A stretch of 64,000 nt of DNA from Candidatus Hydrogenedentota bacterium (GCA_963674865.2 CAXXYE010000009.1:224001-288000); one strand, 5' to 3'. Positions 27,189 to 37,761 are shown, numbered from the stretch's first letter. Made by a program: numbers and translations. Notes: generated from the letters alone by a model not told the origin.

Positions 27189-28304
27189 CTATCGCTTACC
27201 TGTCCGCGATCCGAGCAGCGGCAGCAGTTCCCGGGCAATCTTGGGCAGAGCGTACTGCCCGAAATCGTGCCGCAAGATCCATTTCACTTGCGTGTGGAAG
27301 GCCGGGATGGGCTTTCCGCCGATATGGACGCAGCGGTATGCGCTCAGGTTGACTCGGAAGTGGGAATAGGCGTGATTCATGACGCCCAGCATCCCGGCCA
27401 CCTCGATGTCGATGCCCAGTAGTACCTTCATGCCCCGGATGAGGGCCGCCTCGTGGGATTGGCCCGAGCGGACCTCGGCCGAAGGAAACTCCCACAGCCC
27501 CGCCAGCAATCCGTCGCTCGGGCGTTTCGCCATGAGATAGCGCCCGTTCTTCATTACAATCGCTGCCACGGCCTCCTGTCGAGGGATGGACTTCTTCGCG
27601 CGGCGCACCGGCCGCTCCTCTTGCACGCCCAGCGCGAGGGCCGCGCAGTGCCGCGCCACGGGACACGCCGCGCATTGCGGCGCCCTTGGCGTGCAGATCC
27701 GTGCGCCCAGTTCCATCATCGCCTGGTTAAAGTCGCCGGGCGCGTTCCGCGGGACAAGCGCCGCCGCCTCATCCCAAAGCGCCCGCTCCGTCGCGGTGTC
27801 GTCAATGCAGGAAGTGATGTTTCGCAGGCGCGACAGAACGCGTTTGACATTGCCGTCGAGCACCGGCGCCGGCTCGCCGAAGGCGATGCTTACGATGGCT
27901 CCGGCGGTGTACCTGCCCACGCCCGGCAGGGCCATCCATTCGCGGGCTGTTGTCGGGAAGCGCCCCTCATATTGCTCTGCGAGCACCTTCGCGGCGCGGT
28001 GGAGGTTTCTTGCCCGGCGGTAGTAGCCCAGGCCCTCCCACACTCTCAGGACGGCATCCTCTTCGGCCGAGGCCAGCGCGCTGAGGGTGGGGAACGAGGC
28101 GATGAAGCGCTCGTAGTAAGGCAGCCCCTGCTCTACGCGCGTCTGCTGCAAGATGATCTCGGCGATCCATACCTTGTAAGGCTCAGGTTTTCGGCGCCAG
28201 GGAAGATCGCGCGCGGTGCGCCGGTACCACGCCAGCAGTGATCGCCGGAAGCCGCCCTTCGCCGGGCCTCGGATGGCACGAGACTCGCCAGGCGCGTGGA
28301 TCAT
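27189..28304 (-). CDS. mutY: A/G-specific adenine glycosylase MutY
   Basis: RDLPWR, EIILQQTRV, WEGLGYYRRARNL, LPGVGRYTAGA, DGNVKRV, a 4Fe-4S Cys motif and a NUDIX-like C-terminal domain. Confidence 0.95.
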   Translation of the reverse strand: MIHAPGESRAIRGPAKGGFRRSLLAWYRRTARDLPWRRKPEPYKVWIAEIILQQTRVEQGLPYYERFIASFPTLSALASAEEDAVLRVWEGLGYYRRARNLHRAAKVLAEQYEGRFPTTAREWMALPGVGRYTAGAIVSIAFGEPAPVLDGNVKRVLSRLRNITSCIDDTATERALWDEAAALVPRNAPGDFNQAMMELGARICTPRAPQCAACPVARHCAALALGVQEERPVRRAKKSIPRQEAVAAIVMKNGRYLMAKRPSDGLLAGLWEFPSAEVRSGQSHEAALIRGMKVLLGIDIEVAGMLGVMNHAYSHFRVNLSAYRCVHIGGKPIPAFHTQVKWILRHDFGQYALPKIARELLPLLGSRTGKR

Positions 28305-29263
28305 TCGCTTCCCAGGTACGCCCTCACTTCATCGAGGACGTCGGCGCGGCCGGCCCAGGGCTTGTACACGAGCCGGCTCTCGAGGCAATATTCCTGATCC
28401 ACCGCGTAGTCCGGCACGATCATCTGGAAGTCCCAGGCCGGATTGGTATCATCCCCGGCCTTTGTTGAGCTCCCGCCCGACGGAGAATGGGCGAACCGGA
28501 TGTTCGGGCCTGGGTGGAAGATATAGATCAGCGCCATGTCTCGAAACCGGCCGTAGAAGAACGGCTCGGAATAGCGCAGCGGCGACAGGCTGTCGAACAA
28601 GGATGCGTTCTTTCCCGGCAGCGCGATGGCGTCGGGATCGCTTTCGTGGCGGACGGTGCTGTCTCGATCATGCGCCTGCGTGCACAACTGAAGCCAGTGA
28701 GGTTTTTCGAGTGACGCCCCGGGCCCCAGGAAGTACATGCTCTTGTTAATGGGCGCGTTGATATAGGAGGCCCAGAAGACTCCAAAAAAACCGCCCTCGA
28801 ACACGTCTTTTCGCGGGATGCAGCGAAACGTGAAGTCGATGTAATAAGGCTCCTTCAACTCGAAGCGCGTCCAGCTTTCCATGCCGTAATGGCTCGTGGG
28901 CGGCTGGTAGAGCTCGACGGCCGTGTCGCTGACGCGGTGCGTCGTCATGGCGGCGTGCCGCGGCTCCATGAAGATGCTGCGGTCGCGTTCCGGTACGCGC
29001 CCGTCAAAGAAATGCTCGAGATTGAGCCCGGCGTAATCCGCCACGAATGGCGACTCCTCCTGGCCGGGCGCACGCATCGCGAAGACGCCGTTGTATCCGC
29101 CGCGGTGCTCGCCCAGGGATTTGTTGTTCCCTATGGTGCACTCCAATTGCGCCGCCCTGAGCACCACGTAATCGGCTTCCGTAGCCGGGCCGCGCGGGTC
29201 GTCGGCCCCATCCGTTATCTGTGCGGCCGACCAGAGTTGTAGGGCGATCAGTGCGCAGTGCAA
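28301..29263 (-). CDS. Secreted hypothetical protein (possibly galactose-mutarotase-like beta-sandwich)
   Basis: AGGAGG before TTG 29263; beta-rich with GLNLEHFFDG; 4-bp overlap with mutY. Confidence 0.6.
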   Translation of the reverse strand: MHCALIALQLWSAAQITDGADDPRGPATEADYVVLRAAQLECTIGNNKSLGEHRGGYNGVFAMRAPGQEESPFVADYAGLNLEHFFDGRVPERDRSIFMEPRHAAMTTHRVSDTAVELYQPPTSHYGMESWTRFELKEPYYIDFTFRCIPRKDVFEGGFFGVFWASYINAPINKSMYFLGPGASLEKPHWLQLCTQAHDRDSTVRHESDPDAIALPGKNASLFDSLSPLRYSEPFFYGRFRDMALIYIFHPGPNIRFAHSPSGGSSTKAGDDTNPAWDFQMIVPDYAVDQEYCLESRLVYKPWAGRADVLDEVRAYLGSE

Positions 29264-29323
29264 ATCATCTCCTCCTTGACGCTCCCCATTCTCCCAGAGG
29301 ATGTGAACGAATATCGCAGGAAA

Positions 29324-29370
29324 AGGGGACATGTTCCAAGCGCCGTCCCCGGCGCGACTACGTGTCCCCT
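29324..29370. repeat. Intergenic stem-loop (AGGGGACA...TGTCCCCT), REP-like or terminator-like
   Basis: 11-bp outer inverted repeat with one wobble pair, plus an inner CGCCG/CGGCG hairpin. Confidence 0.5.
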
Positions 29371-29402
29371 GTTCCGGATACCACCGCTGTCCTCATAAGC
29401 TC

Positions 29403-30692
29403 TCAGAGCTTCTTGAGCCTGATGTTACGGAATGCCACGTGGCGTCCATGATCCTGAAGTCCAATGAAGCCGCGGCGCAGCCGCACCTTTAGTTCATCAT
29501 CGTCATCCAAGTTCAAGTCTTGAATCACCTCGCCGTTGAGTACGGCCTTGAGTTTCGGGCCGTCCAGCGTTATCTCAAGCGTGTTCCACTCGTCGTCAGG
29601 CTTGGTGGCGTCTTTTGCAGGCGCTACGACGCTGTAGATCGAGCCCGTGCTCGTCTTGGTGGGCTCCTTGCCGTGGTCGCCCTGCAACTGGAATTCCATA
29701 CCGATCTTGGATGAGCGGTTGGCCCGGGGCGCGCGCAGGAAGATGCCGCTGTTGCCGTCTTTTTCGATCTTCCATTCGATCCTGAGGATGAAATTGCCGT
29801 AGCGATCGCGCGTGCGGATGGTTTCCCCGCCTCGCTTGGCCCATTCAATAGCGCCGTCTTTCACCCGGAATCCGTCCTGTTCACCCGTGATAATCCAGCC
29901 GTCCAAGGTCTTGCCGTCGAACAGGGCGATCCACCCCTCCGCACGCTCCTGTTCCGTGAGAACCGAATTGTCGGGCTCCCACGGCTCCTTCTCCGCGGGA
30001 TCTTCATTGGCTTTATCGAGGGTGGCGTAATTTTCCGGCTTGTCGGGCAAGACGAAATGGAGGTCGGCGCTGATCGATCTCGGCATCTTGCCTACCAGCA
30101 GGAACTCCCGGTTCTCGGTATCGGCTGGCGCCTTCGGAACCGCGGTGATGTGGCCGCCTTCCGGCGCGATAACCACAAGCTTTCGCGCCTTCCTATGGAA
30201 TTTCGCGGCCAACTTGCCCGCGTCCGGCCCGTCAATCCAATAAACAATGCGCCGCTCTTTCTTCAGCGCCTTGGCCACGGCGCCCACGTTCTTCAGTCGC
30301 TCGTGCTCATCCGCGCCCAGCATGGCGCCGGAGATGCGGCAGATGGCTCCCATTCGGCGGTAGACATAGGCCTCGATGAGCCTGTCGAGCGTTTCCCGAG
30401 TCTCCTTCGAGAGCTTTCCCGACTCAATATCCAGCTCATCCAGGTCGAAGCAGACGGTGTTCGCGCCCACCTCGGATACCTGCCTCAGCGCGATGGCGAT
30501 GTCCTCGTCCGATGTTCCGGGCGTGGCGATCCCCGGCGTCTCGATAGCGGCGAGCCTGAATGGCTTATCGCGCCTCATCAGCGCGTCGTCTTTCATATAA
30601 AACTTGTCTTTCTCAACATCCCCCGCCGCGGCTGCGGCGAATCCCACGGCCGCAAGCAGCGCAAGAACCATAGCTGTGCAACGGAACTTCAT
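29403..30692 (-). CDS. Secreted DUF1080 (3-keto-disaccharide hydrolase-like) domain protein
   Basis: Signal peptide; C-terminal GWIALFDGKTLDGW, NSGIFLR, WNTLEI and GFIGLQDHG..FRNI motifs. Confidence 0.85.
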   Translation of the reverse strand: MKFRCTAMVLALLAAVGFAAAAAGDVEKDKFYMKDDALMRRDKPFRLAAIETPGIATPGTSDEDIAIALRQVSEVGANTVCFDLDELDIESGKLSKETRETLDRLIEAYVYRRMGAICRISGAMLGADEHERLKNVGAVAKALKKERRIVYWIDGPDAGKLAAKFHRKARKLVVIAPEGGHITAVPKAPADTENREFLLVGKMPRSISADLHFVLPDKPENYATLDKANEDPAEKEPWEPDNSVLTEQERAEGWIALFDGKTLDGWIITGEQDGFRVKDGAIEWAKRGGETIRTRDRYGNFILRIEWKIEKDGNSGIFLRAPRANRSSKIGMEFQLQGDHGKEPTKTSTGSIYSVVAPAKDATKPDDEWNTLEITLDGPKLKAVLNGEVIQDLNLDDDDELKVRLRRGFIGLQDHGRHVAFRNIRLKKL

Positions 30693-30851
30693 CTTGGCCT
30701 CCTGTCAGGTTGCTCGTAGTCCAGGAATGCCAAATTTACCACACTTCCCCTGTTTGACGGAATCGCCGGCTCGAAAGCTCCTTGAATTACCCGCCTTGGT
30801 GCGGGATACTGCCTATGGTCTGGCGGCAACCACTGGGAGAACCCAGTTCCG

Positions 30852-32582
30852 ATGATCCAACGAGTGTCATGGCACGAGCGGTTGGGCAGCGTGGAGTGCT
30901 TTGCGTCGCTGGACGACACCTTGCTTGGACTCCTCGAGCAGCACATGCGGGTGCAGTCCTACGCGTCGGGGGCGGTGATCTGCGAAGAGGGTGAGCCGGG
31001 GGAGTGGATGTTCGTTGTGGGCGCCGGCGAGGTGGCCGTGATTAACAAGGTTGCCGACGGCACGCGCATCCAGGTGGCCACGCTTCACGCGGGGGATTAT
31101 GGCGGCGTGATGAGTCTCATTGAGGACGAGCCGCGTTCCGCCACGCTCGAAGCGCGCGGCCCGGTGGAGCTGTGGGTGCTGGATCATAGCGTGTTTCGCG
31201 GCCTCCTCGAAACGCACAGCGACCTCGCCATGGGAATGTTGAAATTCATGAGCCGCGGTCTCCGCCGGGACTCGAAGAACCTTGCCACCACACTGCATTA
31301 CGTCGATCAGGGCGGACTCCAGAGCCTCTACGAGGAGTGCTCCCCGGAGGAGCGGCTTGTTCTAGACACGATCAACCACAAGGTCGCCGCCGCAGAATCC
31401 CTCGACGCGGTGATGGAGTTCTTGTTCAACTCGATCCGCTGGGTCAGCCCCTGCGATCGGCTGGCGCTGGCGTTTCTCGAAGAAGATGCCAACCGCCTCG
31501 TAATGCACTGGGTCCGGGCGGACTACAAACCCTTGCTCATGACAAAAGGGCATGTCTGGGATCTTCAGGATAGTCACGTTGAGATCGTCGTCGACACGGG
31601 CGTTCCCCACGTCATCAACGACTTGGGCCGCTACCTGGAGGCACACCCGGACAGCCCGGATATTGAACTGCTCTTCCGGGAGGGCGTTCGAGCGAATATC
31701 ACGTTCCCCCTGGCCGTCGAGGGCCGGTCGATAGGCGTGTTGTTCTACAGTGCCACCACGCCCGACGCGTATGACGATCACCACGTGCGCCTTCACCTGG
31801 CCATCGCCGATCGATTGAGCCAGACGGTGGAGAAGGCCTACCAAATCGAGCGGCTTGACGCAGCCAACAAGGCCTATTTCGAGATGCTCGGATTCGTGAG
31901 CCACGAGCTGAAGAGTCCGCTGGCCTCCACGGTGATGGACGGTGACGTGCTCCTAGCCGGCTACCTCGGCGAACTCGAGCCGGCGCACCATCAGAAGGTC
32001 GAGCGGATGGTGAAGAAGTGCCGCTATCTGCTGGACATGGTGGGCGAATACCTCAACCTGGCGCATCTCGAAAGCGGGCAGTTCGGGGCGAAGCTCAAGC
32101 CCGATGTCGACTTCATGGCCGAGGTAGCGGAGCCGTCCATTGATATGGTTATGCCGCAGATAGAGGAAAAGGGTATCCGTTTCGAACGCCTCATCGAAGG
32201 GGATGCTGCGCCCATTACCTGTGCGCCTGATCTGCTGCAAATCGTCCTCGTCAACCTGCTCTCGAACGCCGTTAAGTACGGCAATGAAAAGGGCGAGGTG
32301 CGCTTGAAGGTTCGAGGCGGCCCGGCGCGGCTCGATGTTGGCGTTTGGAATGAAGGACCTGGATTTCCGGAGGACGCCCGCTCCCAGCTCTTCCGCAAGT
32401 TCTCCCGTGTTCAGACGCCGGAACTCCTGTCTAGAAAAGGTACCGGCGTCGGCCTCTACACAACATGGCGGATCATCCAGGCCCATCACGGCAAGATAGA
32501 TGCGCGCTCCGAACTCGGGAAATGGGCCGAGTTCAACTTCCAAATCCCCAAGCATGGCCCTGCTAGCAAGACGCCGCGCTGA
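30852..32582 (+). CDS. Cytoplasmic sensor histidine kinase (cNMP-binding, GAF, HisKA and HATPase domains)
   Basis: PRSATLEA cNMP domain; GAF domain; SHELKSPL, NLLSNAVKY and GTGVGLY motifs. Confidence 0.88.
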   Translation: MIQRVSWHERLGSVECFASLDDTLLGLLEQHMRVQSYASGAVICEEGEPGEWMFVVGAGEVAVINKVADGTRIQVATLHAGDYGGVMSLIEDEPRSATLEARGPVELWVLDHSVFRGLLETHSDLAMGMLKFMSRGLRRDSKNLATTLHYVDQGGLQSLYEECSPEERLVLDTINHKVAAAESLDAVMEFLFNSIRWVSPCDRLALAFLEEDANRLVMHWVRADYKPLLMTKGHVWDLQDSHVEIVVDTGVPHVINDLGRYLEAHPDSPDIELLFREGVRANITFPLAVEGRSIGVLFYSATTPDAYDDHHVRLHLAIADRLSQTVEKAYQIERLDAANKAYFEMLGFVSHELKSPLASTVMDGDVLLAGYLGELEPAHHQKVERMVKKCRYLLDMVGEYLNLAHLESGQFGAKLKPDVDFMAEVAEPSIDMVMPQIEEKGIRFERLIEGDAAPITCAPDLLQIVLVNLLSNAVKYGNEKGEVRLKVRGGPARLDVGVWNEGPGFPEDARSQLFRKFSRVQTPELLSRKGTGVGLYTTWRIIQAHHGKIDARSELGKWAEFNFQIPKHGPASKTPR

Positions 32583-32611
32583 GCGCCTTGCTCGATAGGC
32601 GCGTGCTTCAT

Positions 32612-33322
32612 TCAGCCGATCACCTGTTTTCCGATCATGCCGACAACGAAGCCGAGGACGGCCCCGAGGGGCGGTTTCCAATGCCGCCGCATCTTTGACT
32701 GCGGCGCAATGTCCTGGAAGATAAGATACAGGATCCCCCCGGCGGCGAAGCTCATGATGCCCGCCGTCAACTTGGCCTGTCCTTGTAGGAAAAGGTAGCC
32801 CACGCATCCCGCGATGGGGCCGATGGGGCTGATGGCCAGGAGCGCGATCAGGGCCTTACGCGGCTTCACGCCGGAGGACTTGATCTCTCTAAACGAGTTG
32901 AATCCCTCCGGCAGGTTCTGCGCTCCGATGAACGCGGCGAGCAGGACACCGAGGCGGTGATTGTGCCCGAATACAGCGCCCAAGGAGAGCGCCTCAGGGA
33001 GAAAGTCCATCAGCATCGCCATGAACTGGGCCTTGGGCCCGCCGTGTTTGCTGAGGTAGGCGTCTAGAGCGCAAAAGGCGACTCCGCCAAGGCAGAACGT
33101 CATGGCGAGCGCCACGGGACTCAAGACCGCCATCCCTTCGGGCACTAGGGCGAACGCCACCGCGGCAACGAGAATCCCCCCGCCGAAGGCGACGACGGCG
33201 TGCACCATTTCCCGTTTTGCCGCCGTCTCCGCCGAACCTTCGTACCGCGCAAAGAGGCCTCCGATGAAGGCCGCCACACCGGCCAACCACGACGACACAG
33301 CGATGATTACCAGTTGATTCAT
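32612..33322 (-). CDS. ZIP-family divalent metal transporter
   Basis: Eight hydrophobic segments; AFGGGIL, DFLPEAL, QNLPEG and FAAGGILY motifs. Confidence 0.85.
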   Translation of the reverse strand: MNQLVIIAVSSWLAGVAAFIGGLFARYEGSAETAAKREMVHAVVAFGGGILVAAVAFALVPEGMAVLSPVALAMTFCLGGVAFCALDAYLSKHGGPKAQFMAMLMDFLPEALSLGAVFGHNHRLGVLLAAFIGAQNLPEGFNSFREIKSSGVKPRKALIALLAISPIGPIAGCVGYLFLQGQAKLTAGIMSFAAGGILYLIFQDIAPQSKMRRHWKPPLGAVLGFVVGMIGKQVIG

Positions 33323-33421
33323 AGGTTTCCGTCATCCTCTCTCCGCCGGACTCTCGCCCGCGTGGCAGGCCGTCCGACCTCAAGTATACTACCAGGCCCG
33401 GCAAGTCCCCGGCTGTTCTCC

Positions 33422-34339
33422 TTAGGGATCCCGGCAAAGTCTGAATCCGACACCGGCGTTGCCCATCATGGGATCGAGCGAGCTGCGGTTGGAGGAGCGG
33501 AGGGCCCACGGAAAACTGAGCCACGAGCCGCCCCGTATGACGCGGCCCGTGCCGTTATCCGGGCCTTGAGGATCGGTTACGGGACCTTCCGAATAAGGCG
33601 CTCCCCACCAGTCCTCGCACCATTCCCACACGTTGCCGTGCATGTCGTAGAGTCCCCAAGGATTGGCCTTCTTCCGGCCCACCACGTGGGCATACTCCTC
33701 GCCCGCGAGGTCGGCGTTGTCCTTGTACCAGGCCTGCTTGGGGAGCCTCTCCGCGTCGTTCCCGAAGCTGAAATGCGAGGTTGTGCCTGCTCGGCAGGCA
33801 TATTCCCATTCGGCTTCCGTGGGCAGGCGGAATTTGCCCTCGCCGCGTTCGTTGAGCGTCTCGATGAAGTCCTGAACATCGAACCAGGTGACGTACACGG
33901 CGGGCGAGCGGCCGCGGCCCAGTATCCAGCCTCGCCCTTGCCAGAGATCTTCTTCACCCATCACCTCACGCCATTGGCCCTTGGTGATTTCGTACTTGCT
34001 GAGCCAGAACCCCCGGGAGAGCGTCGCCGTGTGCTGCGGTGCTTCTCCCCTGTACCAGCCGACATTTCCCCCGTACAGCGCGCAGGCATCCTCGGCCTCG
34101 CCGGCCAATCCCATCTGAAAAGAGCCGGGCTCGATCCACACGAAGTCAATCCCCGCGAAGCGCTTTGTGTTCTTCGAGAAATCGAAGCTGAAAAAGGACA
34201 TCTCGCCGGGGTGACGCCAAAGCCACCAGACAACGGCCATCTCCAACACAAGGAGCAGCGCGATCACATGGACCCATTTGCGTCTGCTCCCGTGCCGCTC
34301 CACCGGGCCATCGAGGTCGCGTTGTTCATCTGACGTCAT
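33422..34339 (-). CDS. Formylglycine-generating enzyme (SUMF1) family domain protein, membrane-anchored
   Basis: RLPTEAEWEYACRAG, NPWGLYDMHGNVWEWC, RGGSW and GFRL motifs. Confidence 0.9.
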   Translation of the reverse strand: MTSDEQRDLDGPVERHGSRRKWVHVIALLLVLEMAVVWWLWRHPGEMSFFSFDFSKNTKRFAGIDFVWIEPGSFQMGLAGEAEDACALYGGNVGWYRGEAPQHTATLSRGFWLSKYEITKGQWREVMGEEDLWQGRGWILGRGRSPAVYVTWFDVQDFIETLNERGEGKFRLPTEAEWEYACRAGTTSHFSFGNDAERLPKQAWYKDNADLAGEEYAHVVGRKKANPWGLYDMHGNVWEWCEDWWGAPYSEGPVTDPQGPDNGTGRVIRGGSWLSFPWALRSSNRSSLDPMMGNAGVGFRLCRDP

Positions 34340-34533
34340 CGAGTCACCTATCGAGTGCGTGGCTAAGTGGCTTCTAGTGCCGCGAGGATTATAGCATCGG
34401 CTTTCGGCGCGCCCGCGGGGCTTTCTCCGTCCGTCTTGCGCCCCACGATAGTCTCTCTCTGAGAAAGCGTCCCAGCTTTCATTAACAACGGAGGAAGGCG
34501 TATGCTTTCCTCCCTACGAATTGGAGTAGTCCT

Positions 34534-36852
34534 ATGATCGCTCTTGTCTTGGCTGCTTTGCTGTCGATACTGGAGGGCCCTGGAGTGTGCTGGGTGGACG
34601 CATGGGAGCTTCACGAACGCGGCCTGCCGGATCTCGCCCCGGGCACCTACCACGTCTGGGTGTGGGTCGCGGATGCGGTGCCGGCCTCGGTTACCATCAA
34701 CGGGCATGACCTCGATATTTCTGCTTCAGACGCGCCCACGGGACGCTTCGTATGGGCTAAGGCCGGGGAGATCGCTATCCAGGAGTCAGTACTCGAGGTC
34801 GCCCTGTCGGACAACGTAGCCGCCATGGCCTTGAGCACCGAGCCGGACTTCGATCCCGCTGGCGTGATGGGTGATATGCGCGTGCTCGACCAACCGGGGC
34901 GTATCCACGATCAGCGCGCCGAAACCGTGCGCCATACGAGTACCGTCTTCACCATGCCGGAATTTCGCTCCCGCGAAGCGTGGGAGGCCTATGCGGAGGG
35001 CCTTCGCAGGCGGATTCTGGTTTCCTCGGGCCTCTGGCCGTTGCCGGAGAAGACTCCTCTTAACACGTGCGCGTTTGGCCGTATCGAACACGAGGACTAC
35101 ACCGTCGAGAAGGTCCATTTCGAGGCCAGGCCCGGATTCCTGGTTACTGGCAATCTCTACCGGCCCACCGGCCCCGGCCCGTTCCCGGCCGTGGTATGCC
35201 CGCACGGCCATTGGGAAAAAGGACGCCTCGAAAATAGCGATACGGGCTCCGTGCCCGCCCGGTGCATCACCTTGGCGCGCATGGGCATGATTGCCTTCAG
35301 CTACGACATGATCGGCTACAACGACAGTCGCCAGTTTCCACACAACTGGGGCGGCGCGCGCGAGAAACTCTGGGGCATCCATCCCTTTGCGATGCAGCTC
35401 TGGAGCAGCATCCGCGCCGTCGATATGGTTGAGGCACTCCCGGACGTCGATCCCGAACGTATCGGGTGTACCGGGGCTTCCGGCGGCGGGACGCAGACTT
35501 TCGCCCTTACGGCCGTGGACGAGCGGATCAAGGTCGCCGCGCCCGTCAACATGATCTCGTGCAGCATGCAGGGCGGCTGCCTCTGCGAGAACGCCCCAAT
35601 ACTCCGGCTCGACAACTCGAATATGGAGATTGGCGCCCTGGCCGCTCCTCGGCCATTGCTGATGGTTTCCGCTACCGGCGACTGGACGCGTGAGACGCCG
35701 CGGGTGGAGTATCCGGCCATTCGCAGCATATACAGGCTCTATGACGCTGCCGACCGCATTGCCAGCGTCCAAGTCCGCGCGAATCACAACTACAACCAGA
35801 CGAGCCGGGAAGCTATGTACCGGTTTTTCGGCGCGTGGCTCCTCGGCGACAGGGAGAAGTGGCTTAATTTCACCGAGCCGGACTTCCAGGTCGAGGAGGA
35901 TGCCGCACTGCGCGTCTTCCCCGGAGAGGGGCCGCTGGAAGGCTATTCCGATGGTGAAGCCGTTATCGCGTCGGTGATCGATGAGAACCGCGCCAGATTA
36001 GACTCCTCAATGCCTAGAAACGCCAATGACCTGGCCGCCTTCCGCGCCGAATTCGGCCCGGCCCTCGAAGATGCTCTCGGGGCCGCCGTGCCTGACGCCA
36101 ACGATCTGGCCTGTGAACGCTTCGCCTATGAGGAACGCAACGGATACGTTGTCGAGCGCTGGATTCTCGGGCGGAAGTCCGTTGGCGACAAGATCCCGGC
36201 CATTTTGTACCGCTCGAGCGAGGCGGATCCGCAGGACGCTGTGCTGATCGTTCACGGGCAAGGGAAGGCCGCCCTTGCCGACCTCGCTGCCGGAGGTCCC
36301 GGGCCGCTTGTCCGAGGGCTTATCGACGCCGGCAAAGCCGTCATGGCTATCGATACTTTTCTGGTTGGGGAACACCATGATCCCCGTGCGCTCACCGAGC
36401 GCCGCCGGAAAGGGAATTTCATGGATACATTCCAGCCCACGAATGCCGCCTGCCGCGTTCAGGATGTCCTCACCGCGCTAGCCTACCTCCGATTCCGCCG
36501 CGATTTGACGGACACCGTCAGCTTGGTCGGCCTCGGCCAGGCAGGCCTGTGGTGTTTGCTCGCCGGAGCTGTGGACACTGGCGTGGGGCGAGCTTTTGTG
36601 GATATTCAAGGCTTTGACGCGAACGACGATGCGGCGTGGGTGGCTTCATATTATGTCCCGTGCATCCGCAGCATCGGCGACGTGAACACGGCGGGGGCCC
36701 TGACGGCGCCCCGGCCGCTTTGGATCGCCAACACGCGTGATATCTTCAATACAGCGGGCATGCAGGCCGTTTACAGCGCCGCCGGCGCCGACACTTTCCG
36801 CGTGTCGGCCGGGATGGCCCGGGTAGACGCGCTGCTGGCGTTTCTGCGCTGA
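34534..36852 (+). CDS. Secreted acetylxylan esterase-like alpha/beta hydrolase (two hydrolase-fold domains)
   Basis: PHGHW, YDMIGY, GCTGASGGG nucleophile elbow and HNY. Confidence 0.8.
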   Translation: MIALVLAALLSILEGPGVCWVDAWELHERGLPDLAPGTYHVWVWVADAVPASVTINGHDLDISASDAPTGRFVWAKAGEIAIQESVLEVALSDNVAAMALSTEPDFDPAGVMGDMRVLDQPGRIHDQRAETVRHTSTVFTMPEFRSREAWEAYAEGLRRRILVSSGLWPLPEKTPLNTCAFGRIEHEDYTVEKVHFEARPGFLVTGNLYRPTGPGPFPAVVCPHGHWEKGRLENSDTGSVPARCITLARMGMIAFSYDMIGYNDSRQFPHNWGGAREKLWGIHPFAMQLWSSIRAVDMVEALPDVDPERIGCTGASGGGTQTFALTAVDERIKVAAPVNMISCSMQGGCLCENAPILRLDNSNMEIGALAAPRPLLMVSATGDWTRETPRVEYPAIRSIYRLYDAADRIASVQVRANHNYNQTSREAMYRFFGAWLLGDREKWLNFTEPDFQVEEDAALRVFPGEGPLEGYSDGEAVIASVIDENRARLDSSMPRNANDLAAFRAEFGPALEDALGAAVPDANDLACERFAYEERNGYVVERWILGRKSVGDKIPAILYRSSEADPQDAVLIVHGQGKAALADLAAGGPGPLVRGLIDAGKAVMAIDTFLVGEHHDPRALTERRRKGNFMDTFQPTNAACRVQDVLTALAYLRFRRDLTDTVSLVGLGQAGLWCLLAGAVDTGVGRAFVDIQGFDANDDAAWVASYYVPCIRSIGDVNTAGALTAPRPLWIANTRDIFNTAGMQAVYSAAGADTFRVSAGMARVDALLAFLR

Positions 36853-36867
36853 CGGGATGAGCAAAGT

Positions 36868-37761
36868 ATGTCGAAGAAGCCCATAGACGCCCTGGTTCAC
36901 ATCGCCGATCTTCATTTCTGGCAGATCGTCAAGAATCCCGTCCGCCTCATGAACAAGCGCTTTCTAGGAAACTTGAACGTGATGCTCAGGCGGCGGCACA
37001 AGTTCCCCTTGGATCAGGCCGAGCCGTTCGCGGACGTGGCCGCTGCCGCGGGGCCGAAGCATGTTCTCCTGACGGGCGATTTCACCTCGACCTCGACGCA
37101 CGAGGAATTCGCCATGGCCGCCGCGTTTGTGCGCGGACTGCGCGACCGGGGACTCGATATTCACGTCGTGCCGGGCAATCATGACGTGTACACCTTCCGC
37201 TCCGCCCGGAAGAAGCGGTTTGAACACCACTTTGGCGACTTCCTACCTACGGAAGGCTATCCTTCGGTGCAAACCTTGCCCGGCGGTACGCCCATCATCC
37301 TTGTGCCCACGGCCTGCCCGAACATCATCAGCTCGGCCGGACGCGTCACGCTCAAGACCATCGAGGTCCTTCGCAGACTACTCCACACGTGCGGCGATCA
37401 GGTCATTGTCGCCGCCCATTATCCGCTGCTCTCCCATACTTACGGCTACGTCTCCAGCTCCTCCCATCTTCTTCGCAATGCCAAGGCGTTGCGGCGCGTG
37501 TTGGGGACATCCGGCCGGCGCATACTCTACGTCTGCGGCCATGTCCACCACTTCAGCTTGGTGCGCGACCCCCGCTTCGAGGATGTACTCCACCTCTCGA
37601 CGGGGGCCTTTTTCGAGCGACCAGCCCGCAGCGACCCCCGCGGCGAATTCGCCGAGATCGAAGTGTGCGATGACGGCTTCAAGGTGTTCCAGCACCGCTT
37701 CCGGGAACAATGGAAGAGGAAGCCCGCCGTGCCGCACGATGCCGAGCCGGAGTCGGATTAG
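36868..37761 (+). CDS. Metallophosphoesterase (calcineurin-like)
   Basis: DLH, GD, PGNHD and GHVH motifs. Confidence 0.88.
   Translation: MSKKPIDALVHIADLHFWQIVKNPVRLMNKRFLGNLNVMLRRRHKFPLDQAEPFADVAAAAGPKHVLLTGDFTSTSTHEEFAMAAAFVRGLRDRGLDIHVVPGNHDVYTFRSARKKRFEHHFGDFLPTEGYPSVQTLPGGTPIILVPTACPNIISSAGRVTLKTIEVLRRLLHTCGDQVIVAAHYPLLSHTYGYVSSSSHLLRNAKALRRVLGTSGRRILYVCGHVHHFSLVRDPRFEDVLHLSTGAFFERPARSDPRGEFAEIEVCDDGFKVFQHRFREQWKRKPAVPHDAEPESD

Noticed and set aside
33422..34339. FGE-domain protein as the activator of the sulfatase-like enzyme
   Set aside because: It lacks the catalytic Cys pair near RGGSW, is about 14 kb away, and the sulfatase-like protein has no C/SxPxR motif.
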